The notes under the pieces are model-generated. The model did no database searches, was not told where the DNA came from, and saw only the letters and a list, made by a program, of their open reading frames with translations. This document shows positions 28,601-41,400 of a stretch of 64,000 bases of DNA, piece by piece; within the stretch, counting starts at the first letter, position 1, and each line of letters begins with the position of its first letter. The translations under genes were made by a program, and so were the position numbers. Source of the stretch: Chrysomallon squamiferum (lineage: Eukaryota; Animalia; Mollusca); the NCBI GenBank assembly GCA_012295275.1, contig CM022670.1, positions 20,088,001 through 20,152,000 of the forward strand, given 5' to 3'.

Positions 28601-29848
28601 GCTTATATACTGAAAATGTGAATGTGGTTTTTGCTTAGGGTCAGAGTGTTTTTGAAATGTTTATTGTATTTTTATTTCTTATTCTATTTATTTATTCATT
28701 TATATTAATGCTATTTATTTGTTATTGTTGTTGTGGTTTTTGGCAAAAAGTATATTTACCTTCTGTTTGAAATTATTGTTGTGTTGTTGCTGTTGCTGAA
28801 GTATGAATTCGTAACAACAGTAGAAACAACAGTAGATGCTAGGCGTGGTAGATACGTTACAATTAGATACTGATATTGGCATTCATTTATAAATGATTAA
28901 TTAACGAACCATCTAACCCGTAACACCTAACAAATTCAGTAAGTGCACTACAGAAATACAACTTTCAAACAACCACCTTCCATAGGCTATAACGTAAACA
29001 AATAAATGAAAAAATACAAAAATAAAATAAAATAAGGACACTTTATATCATGTTACCGTCTTGTAGCAAGTCCCTGTCGTAGACGACGGTGACATTGCAA
29101 GGTCTACAATGTCACGTTATTTCGCGTTTCCATTTCATGCCTCATAAAACATGGAGATTTTTTTTTTTTTCGAAATCGTCCTTAATTCCGAAACACGAGT
29201 GTTCGTTTGGAAAAAGCACCCTATACGGGTGTATAGCGTGTCAGCTACGTTAGTCACGACAGAGTGTCATTTAACGTATGGTGACACACAAGCCGAGATT
29301 CAGTCTTTTAATAGGTGGAAAATCCGAATTTACCTTCCACCCCACAAAAAAACCCAACAAGAGCAGTCGTTAAGAAAGAGAACAAATACTATTCACAAAT
29401 ACTATGGTAAATCTCATGTCTTTCATGACTAGGTTTTTTTTTTTTTTTGAATTTATGGCACATTTCTGCCACCCAAGTTGTTCAACTGGACCAGTTCCAT
29501 GTTATCGTTTTGGTAATTTATTAATAATGTAAGCAGGAAGACTAAAAAAAAAAAAAAAAAACCCATTAAAATAAATAATGTTTTATTTTAATAGATATAC
29601 ATAGTTGATTCGGAAGTCCGTTTGAAAAAAAAAAAAAAAAAAAAACAAAAAAAAAAAAAGAAACAAATAAACGAATTAATAATGAAAAAAAGAATAATAA
29701 AACAAAAGAAAAATAGTAAAATATACTACTACTACTAATAATAATATCGTGGGTTTTTTTTAGTTAAATTACTTATCTCGCTCTCTTTTTTAATAATTTC
29801 TCTACCCTTATCTTTTTATTCCTATAACTTCCTTTTGTTCTTTGTTTC

Positions 29849-29900
<52 letters not shown>

Positions 29901-30631
29901 TTACAAAGATGAAATTTGTGCTTATTTATTTATTTATTTATTTATTATCATTATTAACTGTTATTAATTTTTATGGTTTTGAGCGTCAAAAATCGCAACA
30001 TCACGTTAAAAATATTTACTTCATGCCGGCTAAAAGTACTTTTTGAAATACATCCCCATGAATACAGGTATGACCTTGATGATCCGGATAAAACCCATTT
30101 AGTAAAGATATTGCGTTGTGTATCTCACTAACGAAGAATACACGAACTTTGTTACAAAAATGGATAGATGTTACCAAAATCATTTATTAACAAATGTTAT
30201 AGTAATTTTAATATAAAAGTTTATTTCAAAGCTAATATTAAAATGAATATATTAATAATTAAAAAAAAAATAAATAAATTAAAATAAAAAATTAAGTCAT
30301 AATTTGTATTTTGTATTTGGGGCATGTTTATGTCATGTGACCTGTAACGAAGTATTAGTTCTGGTTATACTGCTTGTTGTGATATTTCAGATAATGCGTT
30401 CTTTCATGTACGACAGAAACGGAGATAAACAGATAGCCGGAGATAATATACAGACAGACAGACAGTCAGATGAAAAAACAGAGGGAAAATCAGACGTACG
30501 AATTGTTAGAGAATGTATGTTAAAGTCACTGTAATAGTATATTACATTATGTACGTGTTTGCATTTCTGCATTAACACGTACGTATGCATGATTAAAATA
30601 ATTTTATGCATGCCTGTGTTTATGTATGTCC
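16310..30631 (+). repeat. Tandem segmental duplication, copy 2 (~14.3 kb)
   Basis: Colinear with 2011-16309. Differs by scattered SNPs, homopolymer/microsatellite lengths, a 37-bp extra segment (21980-22016) and an ~18-bp loss near 22261. Unique sequence resumes at about 30634 (AGGAATG). Confidence 0.97.
16980..17158 (+). CDS. Duplicate of the terminal coding exon (same peptide); may be orphaned or an alternative last exon
   Basis: Intact acceptor ttcctttAG at 16978-16979, same frame, TGA at 17156-17158. Confidence 0.6.
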
Positions 30632-31673
30632 TTAGGAATGAATATTCTGTAGAGACAAGATGTATATGCATATGTTATGTACATACTAATGAATATTTTA
30701 GATATTATGAGCTTATTTGTGTGAGTTCTTTTATATGTTAGTTATTTTTCTCTTTGTTTAAATTTTTTTTTTTAAAGAAAATTTAAAAAAAAAAAAAAAA
30801 AAAATTTTTTAAAAAATAAGAAGAAAACCGACATCTGATCCACAGAAATAAATGTAAAAGAGAAATATCAAACCCACAAGCAAATCGCCTGCAGCGTAAA
30901 AGATGTATCCAAAAACATTTTCTTAACATTTAGATGCGGGCGGAATGCAGAACTGTTGTCTTATCAAATCCACACATGTTTTGGAATGCACCGAAAATCC
31001 ATTAAATCACGTAACGCTAACAGCCGGCGTAATATCCATTGCAAATATAACCTTAGTTTTGTATGTTTCACCTGCAACGTATACAATAAGTTTATAGTCA
31101 CTAGATGTTGTACTATAATTGTAATATAATACGATCAAATATATTTACATAATTATGTATGTGTATGTACACAAAATTACTATTGTGATATCCGCATTTA
31201 CAGTGGTAACAATTGTTAATTTTATCGAAAATTTATGAATATAATTATATACATTTTAATGATTATTGCTATTATTTTACATGTTACATGCACCCTCTTT
31301 TGTTTAATTTCTTAAACTTTATTTGACATGAAACTTTTTAGTTATGATCTTTTATTTTAAAAATAGTTTCCTTTCTTGTTCTGTTTTCTTCTTTATTTTT
31401 TTTTTTAACTGCTGTCTAGCAAAAAAAAAAAAAAAAACAACAACAACAAAAAAAAGAATTAAAAATGTGAATAGATATGATTTTACATAATTATTACAAA
31501 ACTTATTAGTCTATGACTTCACACAGATGTTTTCCGTTACAGTTATACACTATTTCTTTCCTGTTTATTTGACAGCATAATATGCTGACTGCACGTGCCA
31601 TCAGGACCTCGCAGTTTAAAAAATATTCTTATTTATAAGCCGTTTTTTTTTTTTTTTTTTTTTTTTATCCAGT

Positions 31674-31736
<63 letters not shown>

Positions 31737-32189
31737 TTTTTTTTTTATTTTACATATTTCTTCAATAAAAATGTATTTGACCCGTTTTAACATAAAAAAA
31801 AAAAACAACAACATTAAAAACAGACTGAATAAATTATCATCCCATAGCCTTGCACTTTCAAAATTGTGACTACTAAATAGTGTTCCTTTTCTGTCTCTCT
31901 GTGTTCACCCTCCCCCTGTTTTCCCCGGAAGATATTTTTTATTTTTTTTTATTTTGATGCAGCGAAAAAAAGAAAAATGCTTGGTTTTTAGTACACAGCG
32001 CTTGTCTAGTACCGTACGCTTTAGAAACTTCAAGACGAACATCTCGTAAACTTTCTTTTTGCACTGTCTTGGTGTGAAGTAACGAAAATCTTGCAAAGGA
32101 ATGAACATATGTTTCACAGCTGCTATGATGATTGACACAGGAACATTTCTGTCCAAGCACTAGAGTAACGGGAGGGAACGACAGACAGT

Positions 32190-32660
32190 TAGTGATACAT
32201 ATTATACCTTCAACAAATGTCAAACGAAAGTTGCAGAAAAGATATTGCCGATGTTAAGATACAGTTATGTTATATCTTGCACGATGTCAACTGAATGTTG
32301 TAGAAACGTTAATGATTAATGCCGATGTTAAAGACAACGACCTTTTTTTTAATATCTTCTACAATATCAAGTGGATATTATAGACATATTAATAATTAAT
32401 GCCGATGTTAAAGATCAAGATATAAATAATTTAAATCGTAGACGGTATATCAAATGACTATTGTAGAAAGGTTAACAGTTACTGCCGATGTTAAAGACAA
32501 ATATATAATTATGATATATCTTGCACGGTATTAAGTGAATGTCCAAGAAAATATAACAGTTATTGCCGATGTTAAAAACATAAATACATTATATCTCCAA
32601 CAGCGTCAAGTTAATGTCGTAGAAAATTTAACAGTTGTTGTCGATGTTAACGACCCTGTA
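32190..32660 (+). repeat. Degenerate ~78-bp tandem array with a conserved core TGCCGATGTTAA
   Basis: Core starts at 32246, 32320, 32400, 32483, 32564 and 32639 (last TGTCGATGTTAA), spacings 74, 80, 83, 81, 75. Intervening sequence is homologous but much more diverged. Confidence 0.9.
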
Positions 32661-34245
32661 TTTGCAATAATTCTGTGCAATTGTTTGTTAAACGTATTCA
32701 TCGGTATAACAAAGAAATAGAACAAAAACTAAACAGTTGAACAGCGACCTGAAAAAGTATTACCAAAAACTGCAAAAGCAACATCAACAACAACGACTGA
32801 GACACTAATAATACTACTACTACTACTAATAATAATGGACAGCAATAAAATATTAATATTAATAAAAGAAACATAAAACACAAACATATAAATAAATAAA
32901 TAATTTTGCTAAAAATTAAATGGATTTCTAAAGAATTTAATATAATAACAGTTATAAAAAGTAATATATTAAACTAAAAAAAATATATATATATATTACT
33001 TTAAAAATATAATGGGTGTATAAAACTGTTTTCACAAATAAAACAAATAAACAATAAATTAAAAATATATAAATATAAAATAAATAATAAATAGAAACGC
33101 AGTATTTTAGACTGATTAGATTCCAGTTAGAAAAAATAATAATAAATACTAAAAACTAAAATTATTTTAGTAACATCATCAACAACAAAATAATAATGAT
33201 GATGATGATGATAATGAGAAGAAAAACTAAAATTATATCAAATATCTAAACAAGTAACAAAAGATAAATAAATAATTTAATAAATAAATATAAGTGAAAT
33301 TACTAAATTTGAACATTTCACGGTAACTTATAATACTACTTTACACATACGCCTGTATAATGTTTATATACACCAACGTATTCTTATTCTTATTGAGCTA
33401 AAAGGCTTTGAAATGGCATACAATATCACATTTTTGTCACAATCCAGATAGATGTGTTTCTTTAGATACGTTACCAACAACAACAAATGAACAGCGGAGA
33501 TTATTACCCACGTTTAATTACATTACGACCAAACGTAAAAATTACATATATAGAATTACTGTAACATATGTTCCTTTAATATCTGGAAATAACACCTTCA
33601 GGAAATCCCCTCCTTTAAATTCATGATATTTATACTTTAGAAAAACTCCATGTTCATTTACTTATTAATCGACAGAAACCGCAAATAGGGAATTATTTTG
33701 TAAGCTGTTTTTATTTGGGGTAAATTAATTTTTGCCTATTCCATAACCACACCAGTACGTTTTTATGTATCTTTATGCCACATTTACTACAGTGCTTTAT
33801 TTTACTGTATTATACTGTATATTACGGTTGTTATTGTTTGTGATCATATCCATACATACATCTATGATATGCATGCATTTAATAATTTCCACTGAACGAA
33901 AGCTCCTGTGAAGGACGTATATTCTTTAACAAGTGTATCTGAAGTATAGTGTTCATCATTCATACATTCTTTTTTGGACGTATATTCTTTACAGTATTTG
34001 TTAACTTTACATATTATGTTGGATATGTTTTAATTAATTGTGAATATAATAAGTGTTGGACGTGCACTTAGTTTTTTGTCTTATCTCAGTGCCAGAGTAG
34101 ACAGGGTACGTCTGGTCTTATGTGCACCTATGTGCCAAAATGTTTTTCAACCCCATCGTCTGCAATATCATTGTCTCTGCCCCAACTTACATTTAAAAAA
34201 TATAAATATACAAAATAAAATATAATTAAATTAATGAAAATAAAT

Positions 34246-34342
<97 letters not shown>

Positions 34343-34741
34343 ACAGATAAAAATTAAAAGAGAAAAAAAAACTAATTCGAATTAACGTTTTTTTTAAAAA
34401 CTCTTTTGCAGTCACACACACACAGACTGATATACAGATATACCAACACAAATAAATAATAAATATTCACTTGCAGTTAAAAAAGATTACTTTAAATCAC
34501 TCAAGATCACTCATTTGAATCACTCAGGTCAGTTTTTGAAAGAGACTTAATAGGTCGAAAGATCAGTTCTCCACAATATACAGTAATCTTCTACATTTAT
34601 ATCTACTTTGTTTGTTATTTTTATAAAAATGTAATATTTACATTTTATACCGTAATTAATTCATGCATTATGTAAATTATTATTTTTAAAATTTTAACTG
34701 AATAGAGTAAAATAAAAATTAGAAGAGAAAAAAAAAAAAAA

Positions 34742-34781
<40 letters not shown>

Positions 34782-35529
34782 AAATAAAATAAAAAAAGAA
34801 ATGAAAATGAAGGGGGAAAAGGAAAATTAAAATAAAATAAATACAACATCGATAATAACTGTAATAATAAATAAACAATTCTCAAATCTAATTTAATTTG
34901 AAACTATTTTTGCAAATTAATGTTGAAAAACGTATATACTAAATCTAACTCTCCTAGAAAAAAAAAAAAAAAAAAAAAAAAGGAAGAAAAGTAAGAAAAA
35001 TAAGAAAAAGGAAAGATTGTATTCTAGATAATAACCGGAGCTACCTAAGAATAATAAAAACGAATACCAGCTGAAAACAAACTGGGTTTTGAGAATACAA
35101 CAAGCGTGTCTTAACCTCGATAACAATAAACTTATAATTATCCAGCTATGCTGACCCGTTTGTGAGCAGCTATAAGTAATTTAGTCTAAATACGACCAGG
35201 AAGAAGTACTTGAATAATTTAAATAAATAGATCGTGTGATTTCGTAAATTAGCTGAATAATACGAATTTTTAAAACAGGCTAATAAAAACTAATTTCGAA
35301 TCCCATTAACTGATGCAATTGATAATAAATATTTGCAGATAATTATTTAAAGAACATTAGAACAAATGTTTTATAATTCAGTACAAATAATGTTTGTTAA
35401 CGCTTAAAAATAATGTTAATAAGCGACACGTATACGCCTATATTTATATGCGTTTGTATATGGAAATCATATGGAATTGTGGAAATAAATGAATTATCAT
35501 TACTACTCCATGCAACATTTTCATAATTA

Positions 35530-35660
35530 TATGACAACAAAGTTTTTGGCGCCAGAGTCAGAAATACCCCCTCCTTTGTCAACATATATCCCCGCCGCCT
35601 TTGATGTTCTTTGATAGACACCGACAGGTGCCCGGAGTAGTCTAGCAGCCGACGCAAGTT
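35530..35660 (+). promoter_or_regulatory. Promoter-like CpG/GC-rich segment with TCF/LEF-type HMG sites and an E2F motif
   Basis: AACAAAG 35536-35542, TTTGGCGC 35545-35552, CCTTTGTC 35573-35580, GCCG 35594-35597 abutting CCTTTGATG 35598-35606, CTTTGAT 35609-35615. Confidence 0.55.
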
Positions 35661-35799
35661 CTAAAAAAGATAGTCCGAAAATATTCTCACGCATAATTTT
35701 ATGACAGTCTACATACTAAAAAAATAAATTATTTGTAAATAAAATAGTTGTCGATATATTCTTCTTTATTATTCATCTTACATGTAAACAAAACTGTCT

Positions 35800-36180
35800 A
35801 CAAAAGAGTGTGAGAAACATGGCGTATGAATACACCGACTAAATAAAGTCCCATGATCCAAAGCGTTCTCTGATGGAGGGGTACTTTGACAGCTGCTACG
35901 CATGGACTCAAATGACAAAACAAGAGGTGGAAAGCATTGTCATTGTGTAATATTACAACCGGAGAATATATTTAACCCGTGCCTTACGTTCTAAGAGGAT
36001 TTGATTACTGGTAGGTGGAGCTATTAACATTAAGTACCACGTGTTTGTGTGTTTTGATTCAACATGGCCTACTTGGAATAACTTGAATCCCGACTTTGCA
36101 GTTGATTCCTTGTTTCGCTTTGGATATTTTCTTGCTTGTTGCCAGATTTGAACGCCAAACTCTTCGTTTGAGGTATATAT
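35800..36180 (+). other. Putative non-coding first exon (5' leader with multiple short uORFs) of a + strand gene with a long first intron; start coordinate approximate
   Basis: Follows the promoter-like segment. Ends at GTAAGTA (36181), with an alternative AG|GTATAT donor at 36173. CpG density collapses shortly downstream, as expected for a methylated invertebrate gene body. Confidence 0.5.
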
Positions 36181-36590
36181 GTAAGTATTATTAATTCAAA
36201 ATATTTTATTTGTGCAGCGACCGTCTCAAACTTTGCGGTTTCCTGTAATTATGCTTTGGAACCAAATACCGAAGAGGCCCTATTTGGGATTCGATTTTTT
36301 AAAATTTCAACTCTTTTATTTTACAACCCGCATGAATCTTATTAATTGAAGAATGTGAAAGAATTCATAATCACTGTTTAGTAGTTTGAAAATGATAGTT
36401 TCTTTTATTGATTCTGAAATAATGTACTGATTAGCATATTTACAATTATAAATCATTAAAATAAAACAATATTTTTATTTAATTAAATACAAAATCATAA
36501 AATAATAACTTTTATCACCCGATTACAAACTATAATTAATATAAATACAATACAAATGTGATGAACTGTACCTCATTTAATTGCTATGTC

Positions 36591-36621
<31 letters not shown>

Positions 36622-38529
36622 TATATATTTGATAATGTGGGAAATTTTACCTTTGATAAGAACAGTAGAAGTTATAAAACAAAAACATTTATATTCATTA
36701 ACAAACACCCACACACAAGAACCACGTCACTTCTGATAGCTTGAGCAGTAAGAACAAGTTACACTCTGCTTCACCATGAACAAAATAAGTACCTCCTCCA
36801 TTTTGTCAGAAAACAAAATCCCCACTTGTTGCAGTAATTCCCATCCTCTGAAGCAATTTAGAAACACTGTTTATATATTACATCCAATGAGATCATGGAA
36901 CTATAAGAACTCCAGGTAGAAATTAAAGCACGGAATATAGCTGTACCTGAACTGGTCAGGCAATTACTTTGTATGAACACTGAACTAGATGGAAGCAGTT
37001 TATTCACTCCTATGGTTCATGTTGCATTGTGCATATAAAGTTACCCTACTCTGGCAATGCTGGAGCCTCTCCACCATACTGTGTTAAAGATTCATGAATT
37101 ATATATCATATATTATTATGCTCATATTATAGATGTAGATGGTGGGTGTACATAAAATATATAAATTGTTACATACTTTCATAAAAATAGTTATTACACT
37201 GCTATTGATCAGTTTTTAATTTTATATATATATAGGTGCATTCATTCATATATATATATATATATATAACACACAGATAGACATATGTATATACATCTAT
37301 TCTTCTTGAGACTCTGTAAAATTATAATAGTAAATAAAAAACAGATCGATATTTTGCATAATTTATGGCATTTAGATTAAAACAAAACTTTGCTATTCTT
37401 TCCAAATTTGATACACATTAACAATATTTATTCTATGACATCGCTAAGAGAATAATTTACTGAAGCAAATCACTGGCGTAAGGCATTGGATTATGCAATA
37501 CAAAAACCCTAAAAAAAAAAAAAAAATTGGGGTAACAAGATATATCATTTTCTACAAAAGTACTTGATACTGAATACAGAAAAGCGGTGTAAGTTAGCAT
37601 CTAACTAAATAGCACAAAATCATATGTTATTTCTAGTCAAAAAGAAGTAGACAATGTAGCTTGAAAAATATTCAGTCACAGAAAAACTTAAGGAGTTGAG
37701 ATCATTATTGCTGTTTAGAATCTTTTTCATTTATATTTTGATATTTATGACATCATTTATACTTGAGCTTATGTAAAAAACAAAGTCATCCAAAATGTCT
37801 TTTTTATTACAAAGGAAAAAAGATAATGTTCAGCTTGCACTGGTTCTACTGAAAAACATTTATTTCACTTTGAATATTCACATAACAATGGCATCTGTGT
37901 CATTTTAATTCTTACTTTTTGTATTTTCTGAATATTTAGCTATGTAGAAAAACTGTAGTTTATGAACCTTTCATTGTGACAAGCTTTATTTGAGTGTTAC
38001 AGTCAAACATAAGTACAGATATTGATTAAAATTAAGACAATCAGACATATATGTATTTGAATTAAATATAATGCCTTGATTTATAATGTGTCAGTATGTG
38101 GCGTGTGTTGTTTATAATGATCTGTATATGGGAAATAATTAATTAACTATATTTCAAGTTTAACATTAACTTTCAAAGAATAAAGATTGTTGTAATTAAA
38201 AGTTAATAATGAAAAATGAATTAATAAAACAAGCATTTTAGAAAAATGTTGTACAGTAGAGATCACTTGATATTAGGCTGTAATGAAAACAAAATAAACC
38301 AATATGTTAATGTAATGATCTAACAACTGATTTCATAAAATTAACTAATTTTTTTAAGAGTACAAAATATTAATGTTTTTAAAATTTTATTACACGAACT
38401 GTTATGATAACAAATATTTTTTTTTTTATAGAAATTGCTGTATATTTAAAAAATAATCAATACAAATATTATTTTAGTGAACAGTTAATTATATTAGTAA
38501 ATACATTGTGACTTTGAATTCATAAATTT

Positions 38530-39000
38530 AAATGTGTGAAGAATTTATTAATGTTTTCTCAAAGTGAACAGGTAAATGTATTAAGTGTATTCAGAATTTT
38601 TCAATGTATTATTGAACTAAATTAATAAATGTATTTAATGTATCCAGAGTTTCTGAACATATGTTGAAGTGAATTGGTAAAGCACAGTTTTACTGAATTG
38701 GTAAATGAATTGCATATGAAGAACTTTTGAATGTATTGTATATGAAGAAATTCTGAATGTACTGCTCAAATGAACTGCTAAATATATTTTGTTTGAAGAA
38801 CTTTTGAATGTATTGTAAATGAAGAAATTCTGAATGTATTGCTAAATATATTATGTGTGAAGAAATTCTGAATGTATTGCTAAATATATTATGTGTGAAG
38901 AAATTCTGAATGTATTGTTTGAGTGAATTGATAAAACGCTGTTTTAATTAAGCAGGCCTATATGGAGAATTTCTGAATGTATTTTTAAAGTGAATTGGTG
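38530..39000 (+). repeat. Degenerate minisatellite with core TGAAGAAMTTYTGAATGTATTG
   Basis: At least 6 near-identical cores between 38717 and 38918, with decayed flanking units of variable length. Confidence 0.85.
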
Positions 39001-39588
39001 TACATACTCTTTTTAGGAATTAGTGAATATATTACTTTAATAGCTAACTGTTAAGATAATCACATAACTAGAGAATTGGTTAATATTATTCTGAGTGAAA
39101 AATGATTTTATGATAGTGAATTGATGAATGTATAGTTATAATGAATCAGTGATTATATTGTTGCAATATATACATATTTTTATTACATTATGTATGGACA
39201 GATGACATCTGTCACTTATATAAAAGTGCTAATTTGTTTAGTTTTACTATAATGTCAAAAAACAAACTGTAAATAAAATTATATAACTTTAATTTATAAC
39301 ATGGTATGTTTTTATCAAATCTGGGTCACCTTTCAACAGTGCAAAATTGTATTCCATTTCACCAAATGGGTCAAAATACCATCTGAAAACTGATATTTTA
39401 GATCAAATACATTTCAACACCATAAATCTAATGGCTTAACTACAATCACATAATCAAAAAGATTTGGGACTAGTTTTTACTGTATACAAACCTAGCAGTC
39501 ACTGGCTCTACAATCTAGACACATTTAAATCTGTGTTTTGGGTATTGGATTTCATTCTTGATAAACTACTTTAATTGTGTTTGTTTAT

Positions 39589-40012
39589 ATATTTTTTTTC
39601 ATTCTCACCTTTGAGAAATGAAAACCAAGATTATCAGTTTTGACTGTTTTTTGGGTGTAATAGCACATGAAGATGAATACTATAGTAAAATACCCTAAAA
39701 ATATGTTTGGTAGATTCATATGGTTTGTTATTAATAGTTTTTCATATATATATGTAAGTTTATGTATGTTCATGCATTTACACATGAATTTAGATACACT
39801 ATATTTTTTTTCATTCTCACCTTTGAGAAATGAAAACCAAGATTATCAGTTTTGACTGTTTTTTGGGTGTAATAGCACATGAAGATGAATACTATAGTAA
39901 AATACCCTAAAAATATGTTTGGTAGATTCATATGGTTTGTTATTAATAGTTTTTCATATATATATGTAAGTTTATGTATGTTCATGCATTTACACATGAA
40001 TTTAGATACACT
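39589..40012 (+). repeat. Apparently perfect 212-bp tandem duplication (39589-39800 / 39801-40012)
   Basis: ATTCTCACCTTTGAG at 39601 and 39813; both copies end TAGATACACT; 1-bp (T) junction homology. Confidence 0.95.
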
Positions 40013-41300
40013 GGTTTATATAGGAATGTGTAGGCCTATATATATATATATTTTTTTTTTCTATAGTAATGTAATATGATTTTTAACAAAATTATTATTA
40101 TTATTATTATTATTTTTTTTTTAAATAAAAAGGCTTTGGAAAATGAAACCTGTGATTGACAATAGTTTCATGTCAAACTCAACTTAAAAAACAACAGAAA
40201 AATAATGCAAAGAAACTATTTTAATGGGATTTTACAATAACAACAACAGAAAAAACTATTGTAAAGAATTTCATTATTTCTTTTGCAAATTATGTCAAAA
40301 ATGTGGAATGCCAATTCAGTTATAAACTGGGTTGAATGTTTCATTTCATAAATCAGATATTTGTAAAAGGGAAACCCACAGATGAACTTTAATTATTAGC
40401 GGGTAATCAGTCATAGAGCTTTTGCTAGAAAGGGAAATACTGCAACAGACTAAGAGCATTATTAAACCTTGATTACAACTTAGGCTATTTTAATTCTTTA
40501 AACAGACTCTGATTCATACATATTTAACAATTTTAATGTTTATATTAAAATCAAAATTTAAACTCAATACATAATTATTATCAAATATATCCCCAGCTTT
40601 TTAGAAACATAATGATGTTTGCAAAGACAATAAAATAAAATAGAAATCTTTTAGATTATTCTTTCCATCAGGTGAAATGTTGAAATCTTACAAAGTTCTA
40701 TTAATAAGAATAAGAAATCATTATACTTTAAATAACATATACGGATTGGTGAAAACTTCATATGCATAAATATTAATGTATAAATAGATAATTTACCTGG
40801 AGAAATAAATCATGAAGGCACAGAGAACTACTGCTTCGTGGCAAAACAGATTATTTATCATGGCTGACTATAAAACACCTTATGTCGTCAAGTTTAATTA
40901 AGGTTTATGAGAAGCACATTTTGTTCAGTCCAGACAAACTGAGGTTGCATGGCCCAGTATTTGTGTAAATATTTCAGCTTTTGTTAACTTTTATTTACTG
41001 TTTTAGGAAAAATTTATCCCCAGTAATTCCATTGAAATGAAAAAAGAATTTGAAATTAACACTGAGAGTCAAATGTTATCTGAGATACTTACTATAAACT
41101 TCTTGATTACAGTACTTGATCAAATCTTAATTTTTATAATTTTTACTTTTTTCTTCTTTTTTTTTTTTATAATTATTTTCTTTTTGCTTTGGAATATATT
41201 TAATACTGATAAAATAAAATTATGAAATAATGATATATTAGTTATGATAAATGGTCAGTTTGATTTCCAGGATTACTGAATGATTGTACTATAATTAATT

Positions 41301-41307
41301 TCACACA

Positions 41308-41375
<68 letters not shown>

Positions 41376-41400
41376 CACATGCACATGCACACACACACAT
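41301..41400. repeat. (AC)n microsatellite; others at ~45622-45660, 46299-46324, 56107-56139
   Basis: Directly visible. Confidence 0.95.

Noticed and set aside
32246-32655. CRISPR array, or a coding repeat (ADVKD, ankyrin-like)
   Set aside because: The spacers are homologous to each other, the core is only 12-16 bp, there are no cas genes and the context is eukaryotic. Unit lengths 74/80/83 break any reading frame.
35295-35304. TTCGAATCCC, tRNA T-loop/B-box-like
   Set aside because: No cloverleaf, A-box or acceptor stem around it.
36146-36172. 27-nt coding microexon (ttgccAG…GAG|GTATAT)
   Set aside because: Stops in two of three frames and a stronger donor 8 nt downstream; more simply the end of the first exon.
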